This document shows, one piece after another, positions 30,451-40,351 of a stretch of 64,000 nucleotides of DNA. Within the stretch, counting starts at the first letter, position 1, and each line of letters begins with the position of its first letter. The notes below the pieces were generated by a model, which was not told the origin of the DNA, made no database searches, and saw only the letters and a program-made list of their open reading frames with translations. The DNA comes from Negativicutes bacterium (GTDB lineage: Bacteria > Bacillota > Negativicutes > UBA1444): the NCBI GenBank assembly GCA_963665275.2, contig CAXXIN010000007.1, positions 1 to 64,000 on the forward strand, written 5' to 3'. Made by a program: the position numbers and the translations under genes.

Positions 30451-32023
30451 TAATTTTTAACCCTTTGATCCGATTTCCATGAAGTGCAGACACAACGCGT
30501 TCCGCCAAATCTTCCGGCACTTCAACAAAGGAAAAGTTGCTGTAAATTTTAATGAGCCCGATGGCGCTGCCGGGAATGTCAGCCTCGCCGGCAAACGTTC
30601 GAACGATGTCTTCCGGGCGGATATTGTTGTCGCGGCCGGCATTGACAAAGAGGCGAACCATACCAGATTCGGCGGCCCCTGTGGGCGACTGGGAAGAAGA
30701 TTGAACCTCCACCTCGGCGCCGCCTTCTTTAAAGCCTTCCTGGAAGAGTTTCAAAGCGGCCGCCGCAATGTCGATCGGATCATAGTCCGCCGAAAGATCG
30801 GCAACAACCGGATGATAGTTGCTGAAAGCATTTTGTTCCAGCGTTTTGATAACGCGATGCTTGATAACTTCAAGTTGGCGTTCGAGAATATCGGCCGGCG
30901 AAGGCAGTTGCCCCCGGATGATCCGCTGCCGGATTTCACGTTCCACCTGTTTTAGCTGACGAAATTCGCGCGGGTGAATGAACGTGATGGCCGTGCCTTT
31001 TTTGCCTGCGCGGCCGGTTCGGCCGATCCGGTGGACATAGGATTCAGGATCCTGCGGGATATCAAAGTTGACTACGTGCGTCACGTTTTCGACGTCCAAG
31101 CCTCTAGCCGCCACATCGGTGGCAACCAAAATCTCCAGCTTGCCATCGCGGAACTTTTTCATAACCCGATCACGCTGCACCTGGCTCAAATCGCCGTGAA
31201 GCGCTTCCGCCATGTAACCGCGTGCGCCGAGAGAAGCCGTCAGTTCATCTGCGCCTTTCTTGGTGCGGCAGAAAATAATGGTCCGTTCCATATCGCCCGC
31301 ATCCAGAATGCTTGAGAGGCCTTCCAGTTTTTCACGGGTTTCATAGTAATATTGGTCGATTTGCGGCACAGTCAGTTGCTCTTTGCTGACGGTCACAAAT
31401 ACGGGTTTGTTCATGTGCTTGTCAGCCAAAGTTCGGATCTGCTGCGGCATCGTCGCAGAGAAGAGCAGCGTCTGACGCCCTTCCTTCGGAATATTCTCCA
31501 TGATGGTCATAATGTCGTCGATGAACCCCATGTCGAGCATTTCATCAGCTTCGTCCAGGATCAGCATCTTGACAGTATCCAGCTTAATGGTCTTCCGGCG
31601 GATGTGGTCCAAGAGACGTCCCGGCGTGCCGATGACTACCTGCACACCGAAGTGCAGGGCTCTAATCTGACGGTCAATGGACTGACCGCCGTAAACCGGC
31701 AGCGTTTTGATCTTCTTGAACAGGCCGATCTTGGCGATTTCTTCTGAAACCTGCAACGCCAATTCGCGGGTCGGCGTCATGATCAGCGCCTGTACTTGAC
31801 GAATATCCTGAACCCTCTCCACAATTGGAATGCCAAAGGCCGCCGTCTTCCCCGTTCCTGTCTGAGCCTGACCAATGACATCATGACCCTCCATGATTGG
31901 AGGAATGGTCTTGGCCTGAATGGGGGAAGGTTCTTCAAACCCCATCGCTTCAATCGCCGACATTACCTTGTGGCTTAAGGCAAGACTGCCAAAAAAACCT
32001 TGTTCCTTCTCTTTTGTAACCAT
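30425..32023 (-). CDS. cshA: DEAD-box RNA helicase with DbpA RNA-binding domain
   Basis: Q motif, AQTGTGKT, PTRELA, DEADEM, SAT and HRIGRTGR; C-terminal RRM-like domain. Confidence 0.93.
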   Translation of the reverse strand: MVTKEKEQGFFGSLALSHKVMSAIEAMGFEEPSPIQAKTIPPIMEGHDVIGQAQTGTGKTAAFGIPIVERVQDIRQVQALIMTPTRELALQVSEEIAKIGLFKKIKTLPVYGGQSIDRQIRALHFGVQVVIGTPGRLLDHIRRKTIKLDTVKMLILDEADEMLDMGFIDDIMTIMENIPKEGRQTLLFSATMPQQIRTLADKHMNKPVFVTVSKEQLTVPQIDQYYYETREKLEGLSSILDAGDMERTIIFCRTKKGADELTASLGARGYMAEALHGDLSQVQRDRVMKKFRDGKLEILVATDVAARGLDVENVTHVVNFDIPQDPESYVHRIGRTGRAGKKGTAITFIHPREFRQLKQVEREIRQRIIRGQLPSPADILERQLEVIKHRVIKTLEQNAFSNYHPVVADLSADYDPIDIAAAALKLFQEGFKEGGAEVEVQSSSQSPTGAAESGMVRLFVNAGRDNNIRPEDIVRTFAGEADIPGSAIGLIKIYSNFSFVEVPEDLAERVVSALHGNRIKGLKINVEVAKGK

Positions 32024-32111
32024 AAAATCTATCTCCTTTAAAGTGTAATTTTGTCATGTAATAGGTGTCTATTTCACTTGACTTTATATTATAGCATGGA
32101 ATTGCCATTTA

Positions 32112-33047
32112 TTAAACAATTCCTGCTTGGCGGCTCTTCTTTTTGCGCCAGAGGGCGTTGGGCCCCCGTCCCATGCAACGGAGCTTTCCGGCCGCTTTTT
32201 GCTCCTTTAAAATTTTGCGGATCAGTTCGATGCCGCACTCGGGTGCCAGCTGCTGAAGCTGCCGAATAGAGAAATCGGTCTGCAACAATCCAATCACCGT
32301 CAACACCATATTCGTCTTGACACCGCGCCTGCCGCTGAGAGCTTCTGAACGGGTACTCAAGGCACGGTAGGAATCCAGAATGACCTCCAACCAGCAGGAC
32401 CACCACGGCGTAATATCCAAAGAAGAGCTTCTCGAATCCAGCGCCGCTTGCGCCAACGCAGCTCGAAACTTTTGGTCTATTGTCTCCAGTATCCGTTCCA
32501 TGCTGACATATCGGCAAGCCGAATATCCCCTGCGGTTTAACAGCCACACAGCAATCAGCAGAGCAGTTCGCAGATTTCCTGATGCAAACGGGCGGATGCG
32601 CAAAAATTCGCTAATGAAAGTCCCAACGAGCAACAGGCCTTCGGTCGAGGAATCCAGGGCCCGAAAGCCGTCACACAGTTCCGCAACCGCATCGGCGGCC
32701 TCCGTTGATACAAATCCTGCAACCTCACTGCCCGAGCCGGTAAACAGCCCTGCCTGAATCAGCTTGACCGTAGTGACCTCCATAGGCAGCGTCGTCGCAG
32801 CATCCTGCAGTTCCAAAACCAACCGCCGATAGTTGGCCTGTTCGATAGAAGTTTCAGTCAGTTCCAGACGACAGGCCGCTGCCGCCGAATGCTCCGCCGT
32901 CACCTGCCGCAACAGTTCCATCGCGGCCAGAACATGAGTCCCGAACATTTCCGCCCGGCCTTTGTGCTCGCCGATCTCTCGCAAACAAGCCGCCATCTTT
33001 AAATCGATCGTCTGTTTCGCCAACCACTTTGATGACAGTACGCTCAC
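32112..33047 (-). CDS. Fic-fold protein with degenerate catalytic motif
   Basis: EFLRIRPFASGNLRTALL aligns to FxxIHPFxDGNGRxxR; YVSMERI; C-terminal wHTH-like GRGPNALW. Confidence 0.7.
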   Translation of the reverse strand: MSVLSSKWLAKQTIDLKMAACLREIGEHKGRAEMFGTHVLAAMELLRQVTAEHSAAAACRLELTETSIEQANYRRLVLELQDAATTLPMEVTTVKLIQAGLFTGSGSEVAGFVSTEAADAVAELCDGFRALDSSTEGLLLVGTFISEFLRIRPFASGNLRTALLIAVWLLNRRGYSACRYVSMERILETIDQKFRAALAQAALDSRSSSLDITPWWSCWLEVILDSYRALSTRSEALSGRRGVKTNMVLTVIGLLQTDFSIRQLQQLAPECGIELIRKILKEQKAAGKLRCMGRGPNALWRKKKSRQAGIV

Positions 33048-33050
33048 ACT

Positions 33051-36000
33051 TTAACCCTGCCTTCCAATATTCTGCATCTCCAATGGATTTGAAACCAGTT
33101 GGGCATATAGCTCTTTGGTTTTATCCGACTGTTGCACACAAAGTTCTTCCTGCAAAACCATACAGCATTTTTTATAGGTTCGCACAACCATCGGGATGTT
33201 CTGCAGATTTCCATAACACTGCATTTTCAACTGATAGGCCTGCTCCCAGCACTTATCATGGCGTAGCAGAACATCCGCCCAATGCAGTGCTTCTTCATAG
33301 CGGTTTTGCTGCATGCAAAGCCGGATCAAACTCTCCGCCGCTTGAATAAACAGACCGGATAAACGTTCGCGTTCCATGATCACCAGTTCGTTTTGCAAAT
33401 CACAATTCAAATAGTCTCCCTGATATAACGCTATTGCCTTTTGCAGTAACCGTTTCGCTTCCCCGGGGTTCTGTTGCAACCAACTTACAGCCTGTTTGGT
33501 CAAGCTTTCAAATTCATCGGAATCGAGGTAGTACTCAGCCGATAAGTTAAACCGATAAACCGTTCCTTGTCGCTGGATAAAGCTGCAAGCCTGCCGCGGC
33601 TGCCGGTCCGGCTCCAAAACGATCATCAGATTGCTCAGCGCAACTTTGAAATTTCGGCTCGCCGCCAAAATATCCGATTCCGGCCACAAATAATACAGGA
33701 GGGTATCTTTATGGACCGGTTCATGCCGTGTGGCCAATAACAGGGCAAATAATTGGCGCGAACTTTCCCGGCGCCAGCCCGACGGAGTCACAAGCTCACC
33801 CTCACGCCAGACTTTCAGCTCCCCGAAAGTTTGAATCCGCAATTTATAGGGCTTTTCCATCTGCACTACCGGCGCCGCCGGGAAATTGAGTCGAGAGGTC
33901 GACCCTGCTTCGATTGTCTTGTCCACAGTATCGCTTATCCCCAAACGCCTTGCTTCCATAACGAAAGGAGCGGTTGAAAAATTAGCTATATCGCCAAGCA
34001 ACGAAGGCCTTGCCAATAAAAATTCGCAATGATATTCCCGGCACAAGGCGCATAGCGTCCGATACGAAGCCGCAAAGGCAGCTTCCTGCCGCGTACATAG
34101 CCCGACATAAGTTGCCCACCAAGCCGCTGCCGTCTGACCAAAATGGTCGCCACAGAGTCGGAACAATCGAAAGCCTTTTTGCAAGTAAAGATCCGCTTCG
34201 GAAAAATGTTTGCACAACGCCGCGCTCATGCCCAGCGTATGATACAGGACTGCCGTAAACCAACGATCACAGCATTTTTCCGTGATTGCGATTCCAGCAC
34301 AGCCGCACTTTTCAGCAGCTGGCCAATCCCCTGCCAGCGCATGCAACAATGCTTGCCCCTGCAACACTTCGGTTCGGCTGCGCGGAATATCTAGAGTAGA
34401 GCTGATTGCCAGGCTCTGCCGGTACGCCGACCAGCACTGTTCCAGATCCGGATTCGGCTGAATTAACAGGGCGTGCCCCAATCTGGCATAGCCGACAGCC
34501 GAAATGAAGGGCGAACCCATTTGATCGCCGATCTCGATGCCTTGCTTGGCGGCTGCCAAGGCTTCTGCAGCCTGCCCAGTATAGACATAACAAATCGATA
34601 GGATCAATGGACTCTCGCGAAACGAACACGGAACATGATAAATATTCTTTTCGAACGGAACTTCCTGCGTCTTAAGATCGATTACTTCTTGCAGACGCCC
34701 TGTTCGCAATAATATGCGCGCTTCCAAATTGTTGTTGTCTTCGAAGTGTATCTTGTTGCGCGCAAGTCTGATGTATCGTTCGGCACGAATCGGGCTCCCT
34801 TGATTGATCATGTTCTCGGCCATTAATATCAAAATAGCGGCTCGCGCTTCAGATTGTCCCGGCGGCAGCACTTTGTAGGCTCGGCGCAAAAAATTATCGG
34901 CCTGCAATGGTTGAATAATATCCAGATAGGTTTCACCAATCCCCAACAGTGCGGAACTTTCACTAAGCCCGTTGCGTTCCTCATGGTAAACGGCGGCGGC
35001 TTTTTCGTATAGCGCAATCGCGTTTTTATATTGGCAGGCAAATCGTGCTTCATCCCCAAGAGCCAGAATAATATCCGTCCGGGATTTCGCCTCCGGTAAT
35101 TGAGCCAGAAAATGATGCAACCGGCGGTTCCTACCGCTGCGTACCAAGTCCCTGGCAATTCCAGCCAGGATATCAATGCTCTGAGCAGAGTTTCCGCCTA
35201 AAATGAAATAATGCAGGGCCCGCTCCATTTCCGCGCATTGCAGATAATATTGCCCGGCTCTACGATACAAAGAAGGTAAGTCGGCGACCCGCCGAGCCGC
35301 TTCTTGAATTAAAAACTCGCGGAACAGTTGGTGATAGCGGTACGTTCCTTTACCCACCTCGGATAAAAACAAACCGCGCTTAAAAGCCGAATCCAGATAT
35401 TCATATCGAAAAGCCTCCCCTAATACGGCTTGGCATGCTTTCACAGTAAATGAGTCCAAAATGGCTGACTGAAGCAAAAAATTCTGCACTTCCAGCGTTT
35501 GACGCACCAATACATCGTGAGCCAAATAGTCGAATAGCGCCTCTATTTCTTCCGGCTGCCCCGAAGGTTGCATCTTGTGGCTTCCAGCATTGGCAAACAG
35601 GCGAATTACCATGATCCACCCTTCGGTGAGGTCACATATTCTCCGTATATCCTCCATGGTATAACGGTCCGGTAAAATCCGACTCATGAATTGACAGGTC
35701 TCTTCATAACGAAACATTAAATCGGCATTTTGGATTTCCAGCAGCTTGCCGCTCACTTGCAGCCGACTCAGCTCCGGCAGATTGATTTTTTCGCGCGACA
35801 ACATCACCACATGCAAACCCGCTGGCTTGCACGCCAAAAAACGATCAAAAAACTGCTGAATTTCCGTGTCTTTATGAACTAAATGCCAATCATCAATCAC
35901 TAGTACAGCTGCCGTCTGATCATAATTTTCCATCCCTGCCATAAATATCGCAAAGGCAGTCTTCCAGTTAAGTTGGCTCTCCTGCTTCAGGTTCGTAAAA

Positions 36001-36290
36001 TACCATTCTCGGAAGCCGGGATAGGCATGATCCAGCGCTCCGGCCAAGTAAGCCGAAAACGCAAAGATGTTATCATCTTCCGGGCCGGGGTTATACCAAC
36101 AGCAAGGAACCTCCAAGTTTTCCATAGCCTGTACCACCGCTGTGGTTTTACCATACCCGGCGCCGGCGAAAACCACAGTCACGGAGTATTGTTGAATATT
36201 ACCCACAGTTAGCTTCAACCCTGGTCGTTGGAGAACGTCTTGATCCAATCGGGGTATCGCCAATTTACTTTTTAGCAATATCGGTTTCAT
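33051..36290 (-). CDS. MalT-like STAND transcriptional activator with C-terminal wHTH-BTAD (SARP-type) domain
   Basis: SKLAIP, Walker A AGAGYGKTT, Walker B LVIDDWH, TEGW, YRYHQLF, TPR-like region, IQTFGEL..LWPE..D..EFE..LYQGDYL..WEQAYQ. Confidence 0.88.
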   Translation of the reverse strand: MKPILLKSKLAIPRLDQDVLQRPGLKLTVGNIQQYSVTVVFAGAGYGKTTAVVQAMENLEVPCCWYNPGPEDDNIFAFSAYLAGALDHAYPGFREWYFTNLKQESQLNWKTAFAIFMAGMENYDQTAAVLVIDDWHLVHKDTEIQQFFDRFLACKPAGLHVVMLSREKINLPELSRLQVSGKLLEIQNADLMFRYEETCQFMSRILPDRYTMEDIRRICDLTEGWIMVIRLFANAGSHKMQPSGQPEEIEALFDYLAHDVLVRQTLEVQNFLLQSAILDSFTVKACQAVLGEAFRYEYLDSAFKRGLFLSEVGKGTYRYHQLFREFLIQEAARRVADLPSLYRRAGQYYLQCAEMERALHYFILGGNSAQSIDILAGIARDLVRSGRNRRLHHFLAQLPEAKSRTDIILALGDEARFACQYKNAIALYEKAAAVYHEERNGLSESSALLGIGETYLDIIQPLQADNFLRRAYKVLPPGQSEARAAILILMAENMINQGSPIRAERYIRLARNKIHFEDNNNLEARILLRTGRLQEVIDLKTQEVPFEKNIYHVPCSFRESPLILSICYVYTGQAAEALAAAKQGIEIGDQMGSPFISAVGYARLGHALLIQPNPDLEQCWSAYRQSLAISSTLDIPRSRTEVLQGQALLHALAGDWPAAEKCGCAGIAITEKCCDRWFTAVLYHTLGMSAALCKHFSEADLYLQKGFRLFRLCGDHFGQTAAAWWATYVGLCTRQEAAFAASYRTLCALCREYHCEFLLARPSLLGDIANFSTAPFVMEARRLGISDTVDKTIEAGSTSRLNFPAAPVVQMEKPYKLRIQTFGELKVWREGELVTPSGWRRESSRQLFALLLATRHEPVHKDTLLYYLWPESDILAASRNFKVALSNLMIVLEPDRQPRQACSFIQRQGTVYRFNLSAEYYLDSDEFESLTKQAVSWLQQNPGEAKRLLQKAIALYQGDYLNCDLQNELVIMERERLSGLFIQAAESLIRLCMQQNRYEEALHWADVLLRHDKCWEQAYQLKMQCYGNLQNIPMVVRTYKKCCMVLQEELCVQQSDKTKELYAQLVSNPLEMQNIGRQG

Positions 36291-36441
36291 TAGGATCATC
36301 CCCCATCAGGAAATACTATTCCTTCATTCTCGGTAAAAGAAAATAATGCGTGTCCACATATCCGCCCAAGTATATCTTACTCCTGTTGGCGCTTTTTTTT
36401 AATCCTTATTGGCAAAACTATTTTATCCGATGTGAAACCAC

Positions 36442-36483
36442 AAAATCCCCAAAAGGCAGGTTGCTGCCTTTTAGGGACTTTTT
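36442..36483. terminator. Intrinsic terminator downstream of the amidohydrolase
   Basis: AAAATCCCCAAAAGGCAG / CTGCCTTTTAGGGACTTTT stem. Confidence 0.7.
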
Positions 36484-36519
36484 ACGGAAAATATTGTGGC
36501 TTCGGGGCCTGTTAAACGA

Positions 36520-37767
36520 TTATAGTTTATACAGTTTGCGCGAGTTTTCCCGTAAAATTCGATTTGCAATCGAAATAGCGGTTGATTCGCTGATCATTCC
36601 ATCCTCCAGCATTCCGGCCAAAGCCAGATATATGCCGTCTCTGGCAGTCTTGGCGCAAGTGTATACATATCTCTCGCCAAACAGAGCATCTGACCCATAG
36701 AGAATCTTGTCCCACAGCATCGGTTTATCCAGCCAGTTCCGCAACATCTTGGCGATATTTTGCGGATGATTGCCGAACATAATCCGCCCAGAAATATCAA
36801 TATAAACATTATTGGGGGCAAGCCCGGCCGTCGCCAGATTATTGGCATGGTCAAACGACGGATAGCTGCCGTGCAGAATCACGATCTTTGCTTTTTGCAG
36901 CTCCGGGTCATCGATAAAATTCTTCAGATTGTACGCATCGTAATAATCGACAGTGTTATCCAATACCGCGCAGTGGAACTGAACCGGCACATCAAGCTCT
37001 ACAGCTTTGCGCATAATGTGCCATACGATGAGATCCTGCAGTGCGGTATAAGCTGCCACATTGCCGTTCTTGGCCTGTTCATACAACGCCGGCCCTTCGC
37101 TTTCGCTCACCTTACGGAAAACAGTCGTGCGCTGCGTCGCCAGCAGGAATTTCAATCCAGGGCAGCCGGATTGAACATAATCAGCCACCACCTGATCAAC
37201 GAACGCCAAGTATTCCTGGAAGCCGCTCATTTGGAACCGGTATTTTTCCATCAGCAACTGCAATTCATATTCGTTGCATCTCACATACCAGCTGCCCAAA
37301 ACACGTTCTTTCAGATGATCATTATTAAAGGGTAAAATCAGGCAATCCAGCCAAGGAATGAGCTTGATGGTTTTCTTTCCTTCCAAGGATTTGGGCATTC
37401 GCATATTGGTTAAAACCAATTCAACATTGGCGGCTTCCATGACAACATCCAAAAAGCCGCTGATGTTTTCGCGTTTTTTGGCATAGGCCGCAGCCAGTAC
37501 TTCTCGTTTACTGGGATCATCCAGCTCGGAACGGGTAAAGCCGTAAAATTTTTCATAGGCTTCGTAATGCAATTCCTTGAGATAGTCCCAGCCATAGCAA
37601 CATTCCTGGGGCGTTTTAAAGACATCGGTCACAAACGCGATTCTTTTTTCCACCGGGAATGTCTCATAATACTCCACCAGTCCCAAATGGGCATGGTCGT
37701 CAATGATGGTAATCGCATCAATCGCCTTTTTCAGCACCGGATATCGAATTTCTTCCAAACTGGCCAT
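36520..37767 (-). CDS. Amidohydrolase_2 family metallohydrolase (FluG/NodGS N-terminal-like)
   Basis: IDDHAH, VQFHC, ILHGSYP, VYIDIS, YGSDA and C-terminal ILRENSRKLYKL. Confidence 0.8.
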   Translation of the reverse strand: MASLEEIRYPVLKKAIDAITIIDDHAHLGLVEYYETFPVEKRIAFVTDVFKTPQECCYGWDYLKELHYEAYEKFYGFTRSELDDPSKREVLAAAYAKKRENISGFLDVVMEAANVELVLTNMRMPKSLEGKKTIKLIPWLDCLILPFNNDHLKERVLGSWYVRCNEYELQLLMEKYRFQMSGFQEYLAFVDQVVADYVQSGCPGLKFLLATQRTTVFRKVSESEGPALYEQAKNGNVAAYTALQDLIVWHIMRKAVELDVPVQFHCAVLDNTVDYYDAYNLKNFIDDPELQKAKIVILHGSYPSFDHANNLATAGLAPNNVYIDISGRIMFGNHPQNIAKMLRNWLDKPMLWDKILYGSDALFGERYVYTCAKTARDGIYLALAGMLEDGMISESTAISIANRILRENSRKLYKL

Positions 37768-37809
37768 TATTTTTCCTCCCTGCTGTTACGCATCTTTATT
37801 TCCTATGGA

Positions 37810-39099
37810 TCATTTTGTGGCGGCAACCACATCGCCAACCGGCTGTTTCTTTTGAATCGGCCCGGACATGACGCTGACTCCTGTAGCAATCACCAGAGAA
37901 ATCAGCCACATCCACCATAACATGCTGTAGCTTTGGTTGAAGGTATCAAATACCCAGCCACCGGCATAAATGCCGAATGCTGCGCCGAATGATGCAATCA
38001 TGGCCATGGTACCAGCCACTGTACCGAGATTCTTGCGGCCAAATATGTCGGCAGCCAGCGCTGAAATGATTCCATAGCTTCCCATGGCGGCGCTGCCCAT
38101 AACCACAACAAAGATCCACATTAAAGTTGTATTCGTCGTAATGGAGAGCACATATACACCAACGGCCTGAATGATAAAGGCAATTGCCAATGCATATTTA
38201 CGTTTCACATAGTCGGAAATTGACGGGAAGAATAACATGGAGAGCACACCCAAAAACATATAGGCGGTAAATCCATCGATAACATCAGCTTTGGGCAGCC
38301 CCATCTGAACCAGATGCGGGACCATGTGGGCCTGTACGGTCCAGCTGGCGCCACCGAGTATAAAGTATGGTAAAAAGACAGTCCATGATTTTATATTCAT
38401 AATCAGTTCGCTAAGAGTCCACGTTTCGTCACGATCCAATGGCGCCGTCGCAGCAGCCGCAAGATTAGGAGTTGAAGGAGCCACAGTAGCTTCGCCGTCC
38501 GGATGCAATCCCATTTCTTCCGGTGATGATTTCATCAGGAAAAATGCCGGAATTGTAACCAGGACCCAGGAAGAAACAGCCATGATCACAAACAATGACC
38601 GCCAGCCCATATCCGGCAAAATCTGCTTGGCCAGCATGCTGAACACCATAGCGCCGCCGGGTGACGCAACCAGTGCAATCGACAATGCCCGACCACGTTT
38701 TTTGATAAAAAATCGGTTAACTGCCGTCGGCCCAGGAATCATGCCCATCCCGGTATTCGCCAAACCCAGAAGAACGCCAAACAGCAATATGAATTGCCAC
38801 ACCTGCGTTACCATGCTACACAGCATAAAAGCCGCCCCTGTCAGTAACGACCCCAACACCAGCACCATCTTGATGCCTACCTTGTCCATATACTTGCCGA
38901 CAAAAGGTGCAATAATAGCGTAAATCAGCATGTTCGCGGAAAGAGCTCCGGAAATCTCGCTTCTCGACCAATGCAAATCATTGAGCATAGGTAATTGGAT
39001 TACGCTGAAAATTCCTTTGGTGCCATACGTAATGCCGATTGACAAAAAGGCAACAAAGACGATCCACCACCCATAAAAAAAATTCTCCTGCTTTTCCAT
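37810..39099 (-). CDS. MFS transporter (OFA/MCT-like)
   Basis: FFYGWWIV start, 12 TM segments, GKYMDKVG, FFIKKRGRA and PEEMGLHPDG. Confidence 0.9.
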   Translation of the reverse strand: MEKQENFFYGWWIVFVAFLSIGITYGTKGIFSVIQLPMLNDLHWSRSEISGALSANMLIYAIIAPFVGKYMDKVGIKMVLVLGSLLTGAAFMLCSMVTQVWQFILLFGVLLGLANTGMGMIPGPTAVNRFFIKKRGRALSIALVASPGGAMVFSMLAKQILPDMGWRSLFVIMAVSSWVLVTIPAFFLMKSSPEEMGLHPDGEATVAPSTPNLAAAATAPLDRDETWTLSELIMNIKSWTVFLPYFILGGASWTVQAHMVPHLVQMGLPKADVIDGFTAYMFLGVLSMLFFPSISDYVKRKYALAIAFIIQAVGVYVLSITTNTTLMWIFVVVMGSAAMGSYGIISALAADIFGRKNLGTVAGTMAMIASFGAAFGIYAGGWVFDTFNQSYSMLWWMWLISLVIATGVSVMSGPIQKKQPVGDVVAATK

Positions 39100-39149
39100 A
39101 CAACTACCCCCTTCAAATTTTCCGGCCACCGATCAGGTTTCGCATTTCT

Positions 39150-39194
39150 ATCTTACAAACAACGAGTCACAAAACCGTTACAAAGCAGTTACAA
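39150..39194 (-). promoter_or_regulatory. Three phased heptamer direct repeats plus -10 box; candidate SARP/wHTH activator site
   Basis: Minus strand TTGTAAC-tgct-TTGTAAC-ggtt-TTGTGAC-10 nt-TAAGAT; exact 11-bp period. Confidence 0.65.
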
Positions 39195-39257
39195 TTATTA
39201 GATTTATGCGATAAATTTTTATTCTTCGAGAAATTCGGCTTTCTTAGCAGTGAGAAG

Positions 39258-39298
39258 AAAAAAATAACAGGCATGCGCCCTGTTGGGTACTGCCTGTT
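39258..39298 (-). terminator. Intrinsic terminator after aroE
   Basis: AACAGGCA...TGCCTGTT stem with a T-tract on the minus strand. Confidence 0.6.
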
Positions 39299-39319
39299 TC
39301 ACTAAATTCTCATCACATT

Positions 39320-40207
39320 TTATTTTTTGCTCTGCGATCTTGAAGCCAGTTCTGCCAGCAACTTTTCTTTCATCGCTTCAATCGGCGCCTGCGTCCCTGT
39401 CCATAACTCAAATCCAGCCACCGCTTGCCATAGTAACAGCTCCGTTCCCGGCAACGCCTGAAATCCGCTGTGCCGAGCCTGTCGCAAAAAAGACGTCTCC
39501 AGTGGATTATATACCGTTTCATAGATTACCATCTGCCGGTTCAAAAGCCCCCACTGAAAAAAGGTTTCCAGATTGCCGTTCCCGCCCATCCCGATCGAAG
39601 TGGCATTCACGAGCAAATTGGTTTGAGGTAGCGCCGTTCTCCATTCGACAGGATTCCAGTCCAAAACTTGAATTAGAGTCTTTCCCTGAGACCGCAGGAT
39701 ATCCGCCAGTTTTTCCGCTTTCTGCCGACTGCGGTTTGCAAGATACAGGTTTTGGCATCCCCAGCGCACCAACTCGGATGCGATTGCCCGGGCCGCTCCA
39801 CCCGCGCCAAGTAAAAATGCTGTTTTCGGCGCCTGTGGGAAATGAGAATTTAACGAAAGACGAAATCCTGTGCAATCGGTATTATGTCCTTCCAATATGC
39901 CTTCTCGATTGAGAACGCAGTTGACCGCGCCAACCAAGGAGGCTTCCGGTGAAAGGCGGTCCAGGCCGGGAACAATCGCTTGCTTCAGCGGCATCGTCAC
40001 ATTCATGCCCCGAATGCCGAACGCACGGACCATTTGCATCGCCAGCAAGGCATCCGACTCCCGAACTGTCAGTGCCACATAGATGGCATCAATGCCATTC
40101 GCGGCAAAAGCGGCATTCATGATGAGCGGCGACAGCGAGTGCTCTACCGGATCACCGATCACGGCATACAGTCCCGTATGGCCGGAAATTCGCAGTTCCG
40201 ACAACAT
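39320..40207 (-). CDS. aroE: Shikimate dehydrogenase
   Basis: GDPVEHSLSP, NVTMPLK, GAVN, NTD, GAGGAARA, NATSIGM and Q..GFELWTG motifs. Confidence 0.9.
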   Translation of the reverse strand: MLSELRISGHTGLYAVIGDPVEHSLSPLIMNAAFAANGIDAIYVALTVRESDALLAMQMVRAFGIRGMNVTMPLKQAIVPGLDRLSPEASLVGAVNCVLNREGILEGHNTDCTGFRLSLNSHFPQAPKTAFLLGAGGAARAIASELVRWGCQNLYLANRSRQKAEKLADILRSQGKTLIQVLDWNPVEWRTALPQTNLLVNATSIGMGGNGNLETFFQWGLLNRQMVIYETVYNPLETSFLRQARHSGFQALPGTELLLWQAVAGFELWTGTQAPIEAMKEKLLAELASRSQSKK

Positions 40208-40280
40208 CAAATCCCATTCCTCCAAGCAATTGTAGGGTGAGGCGAAATCCTCTCACGTATATTATAGAATGATTTGTCAA

Positions 40281-40335
40281 TGAAAAATAGGCAGTCGCGT
40301 CAAACTTTCGCTTGATCGCCACTGCCTATTTTCAT
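40281..40335 (-). terminator. Terminator closing the LacI-regulated catabolic cluster
   Basis: TGAAAAATAGGCAGT / ACTGCCTATTTTTCA inverted repeat 16 nt past the flavoprotein stop. Confidence 0.75.
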
Positions 40336-40351
40336 TTGATCCAGCCTCTCC

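Noticed and set aside
39320-40207. aroE as part of the catabolic cluster (quinate/shikimate use)
   Set aside because: A strong terminator at 40281-40335 separates them and the motifs look housekeeping; not fully excluded
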